In this document: positions 1 through 9,319 of the stretch, one piece after another
Position numbering within the stretch: the first letter of the stretch is position 1
Layout of the letters: each line of letters starts with the position of its first letter
NCBI RefSeq assembly: GCF_000012925.1
Contig: NC_007517.1
Location: 2,520,001 to 2,552,000, forward strand
Source of the DNA: Geobacter metallireducens GS-15
GTDB taxonomy: Bacteria; Desulfobacterota; Desulfuromonadia; Geobacterales; Geobacteraceae
Length of the DNA: 32,000 nt
Direction: 5' to 3'
Notes under the pieces: model-generated
What the model was told of the DNA's origin: nothing
What the model saw: the letters and a program-made list of their open reading frames with translations, nothing else
The model's database searches: none
Program-made: the position numbers and the translations under genes

Positions 1-1872
1 GAGGTTGGACCCCATGAAATAGCGGGTACGATTCCCTGCTATCATGTGATAGGGGTAAAGGGCCGGGTCGTCCACTTCCGGCGTGCTGTAGGGTGGCCCC
101 TCGTAGACAGGGAGAGCTTCAATACCTGCCCTTTCAAACATGGTCGGTAACAGCTCTACCTTTCCCGACGGGGTGGCAAACCCCTGTTGTTCGTGTTTTT
201 TGTGCATGAGACGGGGAGCCTGGTAATTCCGCTCCTCTTTGGTCCACTGGGCAAAGGAACGCCCCGACGGAGCGAGGAACAGGTTGAGCATCCCTTCCAG
301 GTCTGCCGGCCATCGGTCTTCCTGTCCCAGCCTCTTGCCAAGTCCTTTCCAGAGTTCATAATCGTTGCGCCGCTCAAAGAGAGGCTCCACCGCCTGCTCC
401 CCGCACACGAAGAGGTGGGTCAACCCCCAGTGCATGCTGATGTCAGGCCGTTCCAGATAGTGGGCCGCGGGGAGAACATAATCAGACAGCTGGGCTGTAG
501 GGGTCATGAACAGATCCATAGTCACCAGCAGATCAAGATTGGGGCTCGTGAACGCATCATGGGCAGCCCGTGCTCCCCCCATGGAGAGGAGCGGCTCTCC
601 GTTCTGGACGATGACGGCCTTTACCGGATAGGGCTCTTCTGCAAGTACAGCGCGATAGATGGCGTTCTGGTTGGCAAACAGCATGTAGGCGGCCGCGTTG
701 TGCCCCTTGGGGTGGAGACGGGCCTGGGTTTCGCGGAAGCGTTTGTATGCCTCGACGCCGATAATGGGGAACTCGGCGGAGCCAAGGGTATCCCGTGTGC
801 GCAGGGGGTGATGCACCAGGGCATCCCAATGAATGTTGTCCAGCCAGGCGAACTGTCCCTCATCGTATTTCATGGCCAGGGGGTCGCCTCCCAGCACATC
901 GAGATTGCCGGAGATTGCAACAAGAATCGCCCGCACAAGGGTGGCTGTACGACTGGCACCTTGACCAGCCTGCACCAATGCTACTCCGGGCACAAGACGG
1001 GCAGGACGCACTGTGCCGTACAAACGGGCCACCTCCTCGATCATCTCAACCGGAATTCCGCAGATTGCAGCGACCCGCTCCGGCGGATACTGCTCAATCA
1101 CTTCCCGGGCCTCATCAAACCCTTGGCAATATGCAGCAACAAACTCCCGATCATAGAGCCCTTCACGAAGCATGACATGGGCGATACCCAGAGCCAGGGC
1201 CCCGTCAGTGCGTGGCCGGACCGGTACCCATATATCGGCAATTTCCGCCACACGGGTCTTGCGCGGATCAACGACCACTATTTTCATTCCTTGCTTCTTT
1301 CCCTGGATAAGCCGTTCCATCACCGTAGTACCTGATTCCGCGGGATTAGACCCCCAGATCAAGGCAAGCATGGTCTTACCCGGATGGACAGCCGCATACA
1401 TCGTGTCATAACCATAAACCGAACTCTCGGCGAGAATATGCCCTACCCCGCAGTTACGCCCCTGGTTAACGAAATTGGGAGTACCGAACAGGTTGCAGAA
1501 CCGCCAGGAGGACCAATCGCCCGGCCCCTTGTGGGTACCACCGAGGGTGGCCAGCATTTCGGGTCCGAACTGGTCGCGCAGAGATGACAACTTTGCCGCG
1601 ATCTCGTCCAGAGCCTGCTCCCAACTGATCTGTTCCCATTTCATCTCGCCACGCGCCCCGATCCGCTTAAGTGGATAATTGAGGCGGCCCGGATGTTCAT
1701 GAAGATCGAGGACACGTGGCCCCTTGACACACAAGCTCCCACTGCCGATGGGGCTCGTGGGATCACCCTTTACAGCAACGGGTCGTCCGTCCTTCACGGT
1801 AACGAGAACACCGCAATGTTGCGGGCAAATTGTACAGAAAGTGCGCTTTGTACAACTGTTACTTTCAGTCAT
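1..1872 (-). CDS. Molybdopterin (Mo/W-bisPGD, DMSO-reductase superfamily) oxidoreductase catalytic subunit. First 624 codons only; the 3' end runs off the left window edge.
   Basis: Absent from the supplied ORF track because it is open at the window edge. My translation of the minus strand starts at the ATG at 1872-1870 (RBS AGAGG 7 nt upstream). It reads MTESNSCTKRTFCTICPQHCGVLVTVKDGRPVAVKGDPTSPIGSGSLCVKG..., which is the CxxCxxxC...C [4Fe-4S] motif of MopB N-termini. It continues ...LIWGSNPAESG...MKIVVVDPRKT...VQNGEPLLSMGG...GNRTRYFMGSNL. I translated the frame to nt 1 without a stop. There is no twin-arginine signal. Confidence 0.85.
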   Translation of the reverse strand, partial: MTESNSCTKRTFCTICPQHCGVLVTVKDGRPVAVKGDPTSPIGSGSLCVKGPRVLDLHEHPGRLNYPLKRIGARGEMKWEQISWEQALDEIAAKLSSLRDQFGPEMLATLGGTHKGPGDWSSWRFCNLFGTPNFVNQGRNCGVGHILAESSVYGYDTMYAAVHPGKTMLALIWGSNPAESGTTVMERLIQGKKQGMKIVVVDPRKTRVAEIADIWVPVRPRTDGALALGIAHVMLREGLYDREFVAAYCQGFDEAREVIEQYPPERVAAICGIPVEMIEEVARLYGTVRPARLVPGVALVQAGQGASRTATLVRAILVAISGNLDVLGGDPLAMKYDEGQFAWLDNIHWDALVHHPLRTRDTLGSAEFPIIGVEAYKRFRETQARLHPKGHNAAAYMLFANQNAIYRAVLAEEPYPVKAVIVQNGEPLLSMGGARAAHDAFTSPNLDLLVTMDLFMTPTAQLSDYVLPAAHYLERPDISMHWGLTHLFVCGEQAVEPLFERRNDYELWKGLGKRLGQEDRWPADLEGMLNLFLAPSGRSFAQWTKEERNYQAPRLMHKKHEQQGFATPSGKVELLPTMFERAGIEALPVYEGPPYSTPEVDDPALYPYHMIAGNRTRYFMGSNL

Positions 1873-1922
1873 TATTAGGCCTCTTTCTTTGGGGTAGTTA
1901 CTTCTCGTACCACAGGCCGGCA

Positions 1923-2378
1923 TCATTCAGTAGAAGGAATTGCGCGATTATATATTTTGGGCAAGGCAACGGTGAACGCCTCCGGTACAGGGGAAATCTG
2001 TCTTTGCTCGTAATCGAAAAACAGCATGGCCATTTTGGCTATTGCTATTTCCTCTCCCGTTCTCTCGTTCGTTACCCGATAGAAGGCATCGAAACCGTAT
2101 ATACCCGATGGAATAATCCCTAAATCGACACGAAGCATGTCCCCATGCGCAGCCTCAGTTTTGTAGATCACGGCGAGGTCTGCATCGATCAGGTTCATCT
2201 TCGTACCGAACATCCCGATGACACCTGCTTCGCGAAAGAACAGGAGCAATGCCTCATTGAGATAAGAGATAAGCATATGGTTGCCCATGTGGAAACCGGC
2301 CGCTACATCCCCTATACGTACCTGTAGTTTGGTAGAATAAATAAACTTATCGGGTAAATCTATCTGAACACGGGCCAT
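1923..2378 (-). CDS. Hotdog-fold (4HBT/YbgC-like) acyl-CoA thioesterase
   Basis: ORF 1923..2387. The size (about 150 aa) and sequence style (MARVQIDLPDKFIYSTKLQVRIGDV...HMGNH...) are typical of 4HBT-type thioesterases. The ATG at 2378 (MARVQ) has GGAAAGG upstream and is preferred over the TTG at 2387. The gene lies 50 nt upstream of the Mo-enzyme gene. Confidence 0.65.
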   Translation of the reverse strand: MARVQIDLPDKFIYSTKLQVRIGDVAAGFHMGNHMLISYLNEALLLFFREAGVIGMFGTKMNLIDADLAVIYKTEAAHGDMLRVDLGIIPSGIYGFDAFYRVTNERTGEEIAIAKMAMLFFDYEQRQISPVPEAFTVALPKIYNRAIPSTE

Positions 2379-2532
2379 GGTCTTCAACCTTTCCGGAGCG
2401 ACTCGGCAGCCACTAAATACAAATTTCTTTTGTCATCCGTTCTTGCTGCAGCGGACCAGCGTCATTCAATAAATTTCTGTTTCCGCCATTAGAAAAGCGA
2501 CGACGTCACCGCAACGTTAAGGTTGAACCACA

Positions 2533-4074
2533 TCAGAATTCGGCATGATACCCTTGCGCGGCAAGCCATTCCTTAACCTGTCGGCGGAGTACCTTGCCGG
2601 TTGCCCCGATGGGAAGTTCATCAATGCAGAAGATTCGGCGAGGGCGCTTAAAGCGCGCCAGTGTCGAGTGTGTAGTACAGAACTCCAGAATTCTCTCCGC
2701 ATTGGACGTGGCTCCCGGGCGAAGTTCGACAACCGCGCACGCAGCCTTCCCCCATTCAGTGTGAGGTTCCGGAAAACAAAAAGCCTTGGTGACATCTGGA
2801 TGGAGAACAAGGGCAGCCTCAATTTCCGACGGATAAACGTTTTCTCCACCCGATTGGAACATGTCATCGACTCGACCGACGGTGTAATAATAGCCATCTT
2901 CGTCCCGCCTCACCATGTCACCGGTATAGTACCACCCCTCCGCATCGAATTTTCGTCCCGTCTGTTCCGGATCATGCCAATAACCTGGAGTTACGTTGTC
3001 ACCCCGCACGGCAAGCTCGCCAGAACCTGCACCTTCGATAACACAGCGGCTTTCTGGATCAACAAGTCGAACTTCTTCAATCCGGTCAAACGGTTTGCCG
3101 CACGAAGAGAGAGGAGCGTCCTTTCCTGGAGCAAAGACCTGCGTGCACGCCTCGCTCATTCCGAAACCTTCGCGCATGGACGCCCCTGTCACACGAAACC
3201 ACCGCTCCTTGAGTTCTACCGGGACTGGCTCCCCACCAACTGCACATATTTTGAGGCTTGAGCAATCGGTGGTTAAAAACTCGTCACAGCGTGACATCTG
3301 TTGGTACAGTGTCGTAGCCGCGATCATACAGGTAACACGATGTTTCTTCACCAAGTGAAGGGCCGTCACCGGATTCCATTTCGGAAGAAGGACATGGGAA
3401 GCGCCGGTAGTATAAGACAAGGCCATGGCATCCAAAACTCCACCGACATGCCATAGGCTGAGACAGCCGAAGAATACCTCAGAAGCACGGCTCAACTGGT
3501 ATCGCTCGTACCATACATAGTTGTGCGCCCGGAGCATCCCGGCAGTCAGTTGAACGCCCTTTGGCCGCCCGGTGGTGCCCCCCGTATAGGCAATAAAGGC
3601 CACCTCACTGTCGCGCATAGGAAGCGTCTCTAATTCCGCGGAAGCGGTACCGACCAGTTCGCCCAGAGAGAGAAAGCCAAGGGAAGCATCATCTGCCATC
3701 AGTATTTTGAGTTCAGGGAGTTCCTGAAGCACCTCGCGTGCAAACTCGACGGACTCAGCTCCTACGACGAGGACCTTAGCCTCAAGCCCCCGGAGCAGGT
3801 CAATAACAATAACATTGTTTTCGCGCATTGAGAGGGGACAGCCGATAGCACCTAGTTTCAGTGCTCCAAGCAGCACCGCTTCATGCTCCGGTGTGTTCGG
3901 CAGGTATGTGGCAACACGCTCTCCCTTGGATACGTCAAGGTCAGCCAACACATTACCGATACAGTTTGTCCAGGAACTCATTTCTCCATAAGTGACAATT
4001 TTGTCGTTACAGTACACTAGCGGCTTGTGCGGATTTTCTCGTGTTCCCCACTCAAGGTAGTCTGCCCAGTTCAT
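2533..4074 (-). CDS. AMP-dependent acyl-CoA synthetase/ligase (ANL superfamily)
   Basis: ORF 2533..4128. ANL motifs are present: YTGGTTGRPKGV, GFGMSE, YYTGDMVRRDEDGYYYTVGRVDDM and PIGATGKVLRR. The likely start is the ATG at 4074 (MNWADYLEW), preceded by GGGGGTGA. The annotated upstream start at 4128 has no RBS. Confidence 0.9.
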   Translation of the reverse strand: MNWADYLEWGTRENPHKPLVYCNDKIVTYGEMSSWTNCIGNVLADLDVSKGERVATYLPNTPEHEAVLLGALKLGAIGCPLSMRENNVIVIDLLRGLEAKVLVVGAESVEFAREVLQELPELKILMADDASLGFLSLGELVGTASAELETLPMRDSEVAFIAYTGGTTGRPKGVQLTAGMLRAHNYVWYERYQLSRASEVFFGCLSLWHVGGVLDAMALSYTTGASHVLLPKWNPVTALHLVKKHRVTCMIAATTLYQQMSRCDEFLTTDCSSLKICAVGGEPVPVELKERWFRVTGASMREGFGMSEACTQVFAPGKDAPLSSCGKPFDRIEEVRLVDPESRCVIEGAGSGELAVRGDNVTPGYWHDPEQTGRKFDAEGWYYTGDMVRRDEDGYYYTVGRVDDMFQSGGENVYPSEIEAALVLHPDVTKAFCFPEPHTEWGKAACAVVELRPGATSNAERILEFCTTHSTLARFKRPRRIFCIDELPIGATGKVLRRQVKEWLAAQGYHAEF

Positions 4075-4201
4075 ATTTTCACCCCCAGTATATATTGTCG
4101 AAACCGAGGCAAACTTGGTAGTCGCCACTTTGTAACGACATGAACTGCATGTTTACTCCTCCTCACCCAAGCCAACAGCTCGCATTGACAACGGTGTGCA
4201 C

Positions 4202-5305
4202 CTAGCCCGCAACCAGATTCCGGTAATCCCGCGCATAATGGGCAAATGTTGTAGGATAGACGATGCCGGGCGCGGCCTCGCACACGACAGGAATAGTCTG
4301 AATCATGGGCATTGCTGTGGCGTAGTACCCTGGAGTCGTGTTGTCACCCTCGCGGTAGTGAAGGTCTTTCTCCACCGATGCCATCAGGTCCATCTTCATG
4401 TTGACCGATACAGGTTTCCCCTCGATGATAATCCGATAGTGGTCGCCCTTTGTCTCCACCGGACAATATTCCTGGCCTAGATAGAAGATTTCATCCAGGA
4501 AAAAGAAGGGCTTGCCGTCGACATAACCGGTCCAGGTATGCTCCCAGCAAGCCACCTCGCCCTTCTTGATCGTGACACCGGAAGCTTTAAGGTGCATATC
4601 TTCACGCGCCGGTGTGAACGTGGACTTCACTGCGATACGCTCCACGTCGTGCCCCAGGATATGACACGCATGAGCCACCGTGGAATGGTAGTAGTTTTCC
4701 GAGCCCTTTTCGATCCGACCGATTATGCTCTGTGCCTTTTCCAGGGTCATGCCGAAGGTACAGGCCTTGAGCATGCGTACCGCCTCAACATTTTTCAGGT
4801 CAAAGTATTCCTGGCAGCGGATATAGTCGATCTCGTTCACCATACCTGTAAGGGTTACCGCCAGTCGTTCGGCAAAAAATCCCGGATTGATGCCGGTACC
4901 ATGCAGGCTCACCCCACCTTTCTGACAGGCGTTGGTGAGCATTGCCACGAATTCCGGACCGTGTATCTGGGGGAAATGGTACGACGGCGCGGCAATGACG
5001 TTTTTGCCCGATTCCAGCAGTCGGACCACCTCCTGGTTGCGGGGTGTGTCATCCATAATGTTGGTGCCGGCATGGAGCACACAGTCGGCCTTCATATTAA
5101 ATATCTTTTCCTGGTCGGTCGTCATGGTCACGCCGATCGGATCGATCCCCAGCAGTTCCCCCACATCCTTGCCGTTTTTGCTCTCACTGTAGGCCAGTAC
5201 GCCGACCAACTCGAATTCCGGACGCTTGAGAATTTCCCGGATACAGGCAGTACCGAGATATCCCGGCGCCCAGACAATCACTTTGTAAGGAGTCTCCCTG
5301 CGCAT
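4202..5305 (-). CDS. DapB-like (dihydrodipicolinate-reductase N-domain family) NAD(P)-dependent oxidoreductase
   Basis: 367-aa ORF with a GGAGG RBS. The N-terminus YKVIVWAPGYLGTACIREILKRPEFELVGVLAYS resembles the Rossmann N-domain of DapB and amine-dehydrogenase-like enzymes. The family assignment is from memory, so the function is uncertain. Confidence 0.55.
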   Translation of the reverse strand: MRRETPYKVIVWAPGYLGTACIREILKRPEFELVGVLAYSESKNGKDVGELLGIDPIGVTMTTDQEKIFNMKADCVLHAGTNIMDDTPRNQEVVRLLESGKNVIAAPSYHFPQIHGPEFVAMLTNACQKGGVSLHGTGINPGFFAERLAVTLTGMVNEIDYIRCQEYFDLKNVEAVRMLKACTFGMTLEKAQSIIGRIEKGSENYYHSTVAHACHILGHDVERIAVKSTFTPAREDMHLKASGVTIKKGEVACWEHTWTGYVDGKPFFFLDEIFYLGQEYCPVETKGDHYRIIIEGKPVSVNMKMDLMASVEKDLHYREGDNTTPGYYATAMPMIQTIPVVCEAAPGIVYPTTFAHYARDYRNLVAG

Positions 5306-5356
5306 GATATTCCTCCATAACCTTCTTCGTTATCGACTCGCTAGATTCCACACCCG

Positions 5357-6130
5357 TTAGGCCAGCATACCTCCATCAACCCATAAAACCGATCCCGTGA
5401 CGTAGCGTGAGGCATCAGCGGCCAAAAAGAGCGCTGCCCCTTTGAAATCGTCCTTTTCACCAAGGCGTCCAAGCGGCACTGCAGCTTCCATGACCGCTTT
5501 TTGCGGGCCGACCATCAGGGTTTTGCTGATCTCTGTCGGGAAAATGCCGGGTGCGATGGCATTGACGCGAATGTTGTGCTTGGCCCAGTTGCGGGACAGA
5601 TGCTTTGTCAGTGCTATGATCGCCCCTTTGGTAGAAGCGTACGCGGGGAATGTCACCACCTTTGGATCCGTTGAGCGCACTCCGCCGATGGAGACGATGT
5701 TAATGATATTCCCGCCGCCGCCGGCAATCATGGGGGAGACGACTTCAGTGGTAAAGAAATAGTTGCCGCGAACATTGGTGCTGTAGAGCTGATCCCATTT
5801 CTTGAGCGGCGTGTCCTGCAGTTCCCCACCCCACGAGATGCCGGCATTGTTCACCAGGATGTCGATCTTTCCGAACCTGTTCATCGTATGGGCCACCACG
5901 GCCTTGACCTCATCCTGTTCCCCGATGTCACAGCGCAGGGCATCGCATTCCACACCAAGTTTGCGGATATTGGCCGCCGCGTCCTCGCACTGCTCCAAAT
6001 TTCTCGAGCAGAGAACAAGACTGGCTCCCGCCTCTGCAAACCCTTCCGCCATCATCAGACCCAGTCCCCTCGAGCCTCCGGTGATGATGGCTGTTTTTCC
6101 TTTCAGGCTGAACAATTCGCTGACATGCAT
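5357..6130 (-). CDS. Short-chain dehydrogenase/reductase (classical SDR)
   Basis: 257 aa with TGGSRGLG, NNAG and the catalytic YASTK. There is a GGAGG RBS. Confidence 0.9.
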   Translation of the reverse strand: MHVSELFSLKGKTAIITGGSRGLGLMMAEGFAEAGASLVLCSRNLEQCEDAAANIRKLGVECDALRCDIGEQDEVKAVVAHTMNRFGKIDILVNNAGISWGGELQDTPLKKWDQLYSTNVRGNYFFTTEVVSPMIAGGGGNIINIVSIGGVRSTDPKVVTFPAYASTKGAIIALTKHLSRNWAKHNIRVNAIAPGIFPTEISKTLMVGPQKAVMEAAVPLGRLGEKDDFKGAALFLAADASRYVTGSVLWVDGGMLA

Positions 6131-6179
6131 GAGGCATCCTCCAATTTGCCGTTTCTGGAAAGCTTGAACCCAGATGGGC

Positions 6180-6545
6180 CTATCCTTTCAAATCCTTCAT
6201 AAGCTTGGCGCTGTCGAATTTAGCCTCTATGGACACCAGCTTGCCGTTAGAGAAAGTCATCCAACTGAACGCATTGAAAACAACGGTCTTACCTTCAGGT
6301 GTGGTATTGGTTACAACGACCTTTACGACCGCCTCATTGCCTGAAATCACATACTTGACCGGATCGTCATAATGTTTCGCATACATGGCTGGCAGAGACT
6401 GATAGAACTTCCGAAAAGACTCTTTACCCTTTAGTACCCCCAGCATAGGAATATCGAAGGTACCGTTGTCGTTCCACAGTTCGAGCAGACCATCTACGGA
6501 GTCGCTGTTAACCAGTTCAAAATACTTTTTGATAATTGTTTCCAT
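6180..6545 (-). CDS. SnoaL/NTF2-like (ketosteroid-isomerase-like fold) small protein
   Basis: 121 aa with an AAGGAGA RBS. The length and the alpha+beta cone-like pattern (YFELVNS...LLELW.DNGTF...) are typical of NTF2-like proteins. The function is not assignable. Confidence 0.55.
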   Translation of the reverse strand: METIIKKYFELVNSDSVDGLLELWNDNGTFDIPMLGVLKGKESFRKFYQSLPAMYAKHYDDPVKYVISGNEAVVKVVVTNTTPEGKTVVFNAFSWMTFSNGKLVSIEAKFDSAKLMKDLKG

Positions 6546-6596
6546 GTTTATCTCCTTTCATAATGCGCAATAAATGTTAACCTACGCTACCAACAT

Positions 6597-6612
6597 AATC
6601 GACCGTTCGGTT
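6597..6612. promoter_or_regulatory. Operator-like site A (AATCGACCGTTCGGTT; reverse complement AACCGAACGGTCGATT)
   Basis: Lies in the 178-bp intergenic region upstream of the SnoaL-like gene. On the coding strand a possible -10 (TATGAT) sits 8 nt upstream of the site. It shares the 10-nt core CGAACGGTCG with sites B and C, and 9 of 10 positions with site D. Confidence 0.45.
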
Positions 6613-6723
6613 CATTCGTATCATAAAAAAAACCAGTTTTCTATAAATAATTCAGATCCGCTCTCTGATTCCCATAATTACTTTTGGAATACCGACCACC
6701 ACAACCATTGCACAGACAGTTGA

Positions 6724-7674
6724 TCACCCCGGAGAACTCTCTCCTCCTTTCTCTGCCACAACATAGTTCCAGACAGCCTTCGCCATGGAAAAATAGTTTT
6801 TTTCCAACTCAACCTGTCCTCTGGTACTTTGCCGGACGCTGGCAAGGAGGGTTGCAGCACGCGACAGAAAATCCTGCAATCCCCCTCCTCCGTAGAAAAC
6901 ATCGCGACAAAGATCCGAGATCGTAATAATTTGGCTAGTTGCCGAGAGAATGTATGGCATTGCCGGCTCCCACAAGCCGAAATGGGTGGCATATATTCGT
7001 CGGGGAGAAAGCTTGGCAATACGCTCGACCGACTGTACATAGGCGGGGATATCTCCTTTTGGAGGGGAAACCCCTGGCATGGAAACGTACTCGCCAAAAG
7101 GATGTTTCCCTCTAAAAAAAGCGCCAAGGGCGTCGCCAGAGAAGACTCCCCGGGTCGATTCCTCGAAAAACGCCACATGATGGGAGGTGTGACCTGGGGT
7201 ATATAGCACCTTGATACGTCGGACATCGTCAATCTCGATGATTTCACCATCCCCCAATTCCACTACTCGCTCGGCCGGAGCAGGGAGCATGGGGCCAAGC
7301 AGGTCAAAATCTTTTTCCCACACTACCTTGGCGTGGGAAAGGAGTCGCTGCGGATCTAGAATATGCCTCACCCCTAGAGGGTGAATACCGATACGTGCGT
7401 TGGGGAGGTGCCGCAACAACTCACCTGCACCGCCGGCATGGTCCAGGTGAACATGAGTGAGCAGTATCCACCGAATGCTCTCCAAGGGGATACCGGCCTG
7501 TTTGAGACCGGCGAGCCACAAAGGGACAGCAGCTCCGGCACCGGTTTCAACGATACAATTATACCGTTTCCCCCTGACCAGCCAGCCGCCTGCATATCCT
7601 TTCACTCCCCTGTCAAGGGTATCCATGAACATAAAACCAGACGCCGGTTCTTTCAGCACCTTCCCACTCACCAT
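6724..7674 (-). CDS. MBL-fold metallo-hydrolase
   Basis: 316 aa with the HVHLDHAGG (HxHxDH) motif and downstream His/Asp ligand positions. There is a GAGGAG RBS. Confidence 0.85.
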   Translation of the reverse strand: MVSGKVLKEPASGFMFMDTLDRGVKGYAGGWLVRGKRYNCIVETGAGAAVPLWLAGLKQAGIPLESIRWILLTHVHLDHAGGAGELLRHLPNARIGIHPLGVRHILDPQRLLSHAKVVWEKDFDLLGPMLPAPAERVVELGDGEIIEIDDVRRIKVLYTPGHTSHHVAFFEESTRGVFSGDALGAFFRGKHPFGEYVSMPGVSPPKGDIPAYVQSVERIAKLSPRRIYATHFGLWEPAMPYILSATSQIITISDLCRDVFYGGGGLQDFLSRAATLLASVRQSTRGQVELEKNYFSMAKAVWNYVVAEKGGESSPG

Positions 7675-7733
7675 CCTGCTCCTCTAATCCTCCCCCCTAG
7701 GGACGATACTCATGCCGTAAATTCCACTCTGGA

Positions 7734-8168
7734 CTACGTATAAGTCGGGACACGCGGATTCATCTTTTTCAATACCCCGGAAAAAGCCAGCAGGACCTGC
7801 TCGTCGTGGAAAATCTTGCCACGGGCAAAAATCAGTGTTCCGGTCTCATGCACAACCTCTCCGGTCGACTCCAGAAACTGCCCCTCTCCTCCTCCGCCAA
7901 TGAAGTCCACCGTGATCGAGACGGTGACAGCTGTGATCCCCTGAAGGCAGTCCCGCGCAAAGACAAAGAGAGAGTAATCGGCAAAGGTCATCAGCGCCCC
8001 GCCGTGCATCCTTCCTTCGGAGTTCATGGAATGGCGGCCAGTGATAGTGGCACAGCGGTAATGGCCGTTTTCTTCCTTCTGGAAGTAGTAGGGACCGGAC
8101 TGTTCCTCCCAGGGATCGACCCCTTCCCATTTCCGGTATTCTGCAAGACGAGGGTCAGACTGGGTCAT
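7734..8168 (-). CDS. PaaI-family hotdog thioesterase
   Basis: ORF 7734..8237. The motif GRMHGGALMTFADYSLF is typical of PaaI and 4HBT class II thioesterases. The ATG at 8168 (MTQSDPRL) follows AGGAG and avoids overlap with the upstream ADH gene. Confidence 0.75.
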   Translation of the reverse strand: MTQSDPRLAEYRKWEGVDPWEEQSGPYYFQKEENGHYRCATITGRHSMNSEGRMHGGALMTFADYSLFVFARDCLQGITAVTVSITVDFIGGGGEGQFLESTGEVVHETGTLIFARGKIFHDEQVLLAFSGVLKKMNPRVPTYT

Positions 8169-8206
8169 GTAATTGCCGCTCCTGAAGTATTCAATAGATG
8201 CTGGTG

Positions 8207-9229
8207 TCAACGTCCCGGTTCCACCACTACCTTGCAATGCTCCCCGGGGGTTCTGAGAGACTCGAATGTCTTTGGTAAATCGTCTAAAGAAACGGCGGCG
8301 GTAATCATTGGTTTTACCGAGATACGGCCAGATGAGAGCATGTCAACAATGAACTGGAAATCGGACTTGTTGTTACCGATGGAAAATTTGACCGTAATCT
8401 CCTTCAGCATCGCTAGAGCCGGGACAAAGGTATCCGGACGCATGCAAAAGCCGACTACGACAATCTCTGCTCCGAATGCTGCCCTGTCAACGCATTGGGC
8501 GATAAGGCCGGGAATTCCCACACATTCGAAAATCAGTTCCGGCAACTCCCCGGTTATCTCCTGGTACTGGGCACCCACATCAGCTTTTGCATCGACGGCG
8601 TGGGTCGCCCCCATGGCAAGAGCCATCTTCGAGCGTTCAGGATCAAATTCGCTTACGACCACCTGTCTGGCGCCGAAAAATCGGCACCAGAGCGCGACAG
8701 CTAGACCGATAGGGCCCGCACCAGTAACCAGGACACTTTTCCCCGCGACACCGCGAGAAAGACGCACTGCATGAAGACCGATTGCAAGCGGCTCCACCAA
8801 GGCACCTTCCTGCCAACTGACCGAGACCGGCAACCTGACCGCCTCATTGACATGCACACGGGCGTATTCTGCAAAGCCGCCAGCAGTTTGAATTCCAATG
8901 ACTTTTTTCAGCTTGCATTGCCACGGCATACCGGTGAGGCAGGCAAGACAGTGGCCGCAGCCGATGTACGGCAGTGTACAGAGTCGGTCACCTTGCGCCC
9001 AGCCCACGGCTACCTGTGGCCCGACCTCGACAATTTCACCTGCAAACTCGTGTCCCAGGACTGTACCGTCGGCAAGGCGCATTTCCTTGTCCGCCGTTGC
9101 ATGAATATCGGTGCCACAAATTCCGCATGCCTTTACGTTAACGATTACCTCACCATCTAAAGGTATCGGATCATTTAGTGATTCAATGGCAAGAGGCTTT
9201 CCGATTTGGTGAAAGACAGCCGCTCTCAT
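8207..9229 (-). CDS. Zinc-dependent medium-chain alcohol dehydrogenase (MDR family)
   Basis: Contains CGICGTDIH, GHEFAGEIVEVG, a structural-Zn Cys cluster (CGHCLACLTGMPWQC) and the GAGPIG Rossmann motif. The ATG at 9229 (MRAAVFH), preceded by GGAG, is preferred over the GTG at 9238. Confidence 0.9.
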   Translation of the reverse strand: MRAAVFHQIGKPLAIESLNDPIPLDGEVIVNVKACGICGTDIHATADKEMRLADGTVLGHEFAGEIVEVGPQVAVGWAQGDRLCTLPYIGCGHCLACLTGMPWQCKLKKVIGIQTAGGFAEYARVHVNEAVRLPVSVSWQEGALVEPLAIGLHAVRLSRGVAGKSVLVTGAGPIGLAVALWCRFFGARQVVVSEFDPERSKMALAMGATHAVDAKADVGAQYQEITGELPELIFECVGIPGLIAQCVDRAAFGAEIVVVGFCMRPDTFVPALAMLKEITVKFSIGNNKSDFQFIVDMLSSGRISVKPMITAAVSLDDLPKTFESLRTPGEHCKVVVEPGR

Positions 9230-9319
9230 AAGACACACTCCATAAATTTTTCGAGCTTAAACCATGTATATCCTAAACACCTATGCAAAGTTTTAAGATA
9301 AACAGCCTCTTTAGCAGGG

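Noticed and set aside
187-1335. 382-aa plus-strand ORF, the longest listed ORF in the first 2 kb
   Set aside because: Its composition is low-complexity and rich in Arg, Gly, Pro and His, with no RBS. It lies entirely antisense to a continuous minus-strand reading frame that carries clear molybdopterin-oxidoreductase motifs. It is a shadow ORF of a GC-rich gene.
2545-3261. Long plus-strand ORFs opposite annotated minus-strand genes (2545-3261, 4538-5320, 7806-8774, 21866-22468, 28054-28596, and the minus-strand 6678-7250 in another frame)
   Set aside because: Each one overlaps a gene with strong family motifs and a good RBS. Their translations lack motifs and look compositionally biased. I treat them all as spurious.
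4075-4128. N-terminal extensions given by the ORF track for several genes (for example 4128, 8237, 9238, 11714, 15813, 16429, 27312, 30527)
   Set aside because: In each case an internal ATG is preceded by a clear Shine-Dalgarno sequence. That start gives a protein beginning at the expected family N-terminus or signal peptide, and the extension would overlap the upstream gene or lacks an RBS. The shorter coordinates are used, although the starts remain unverified.
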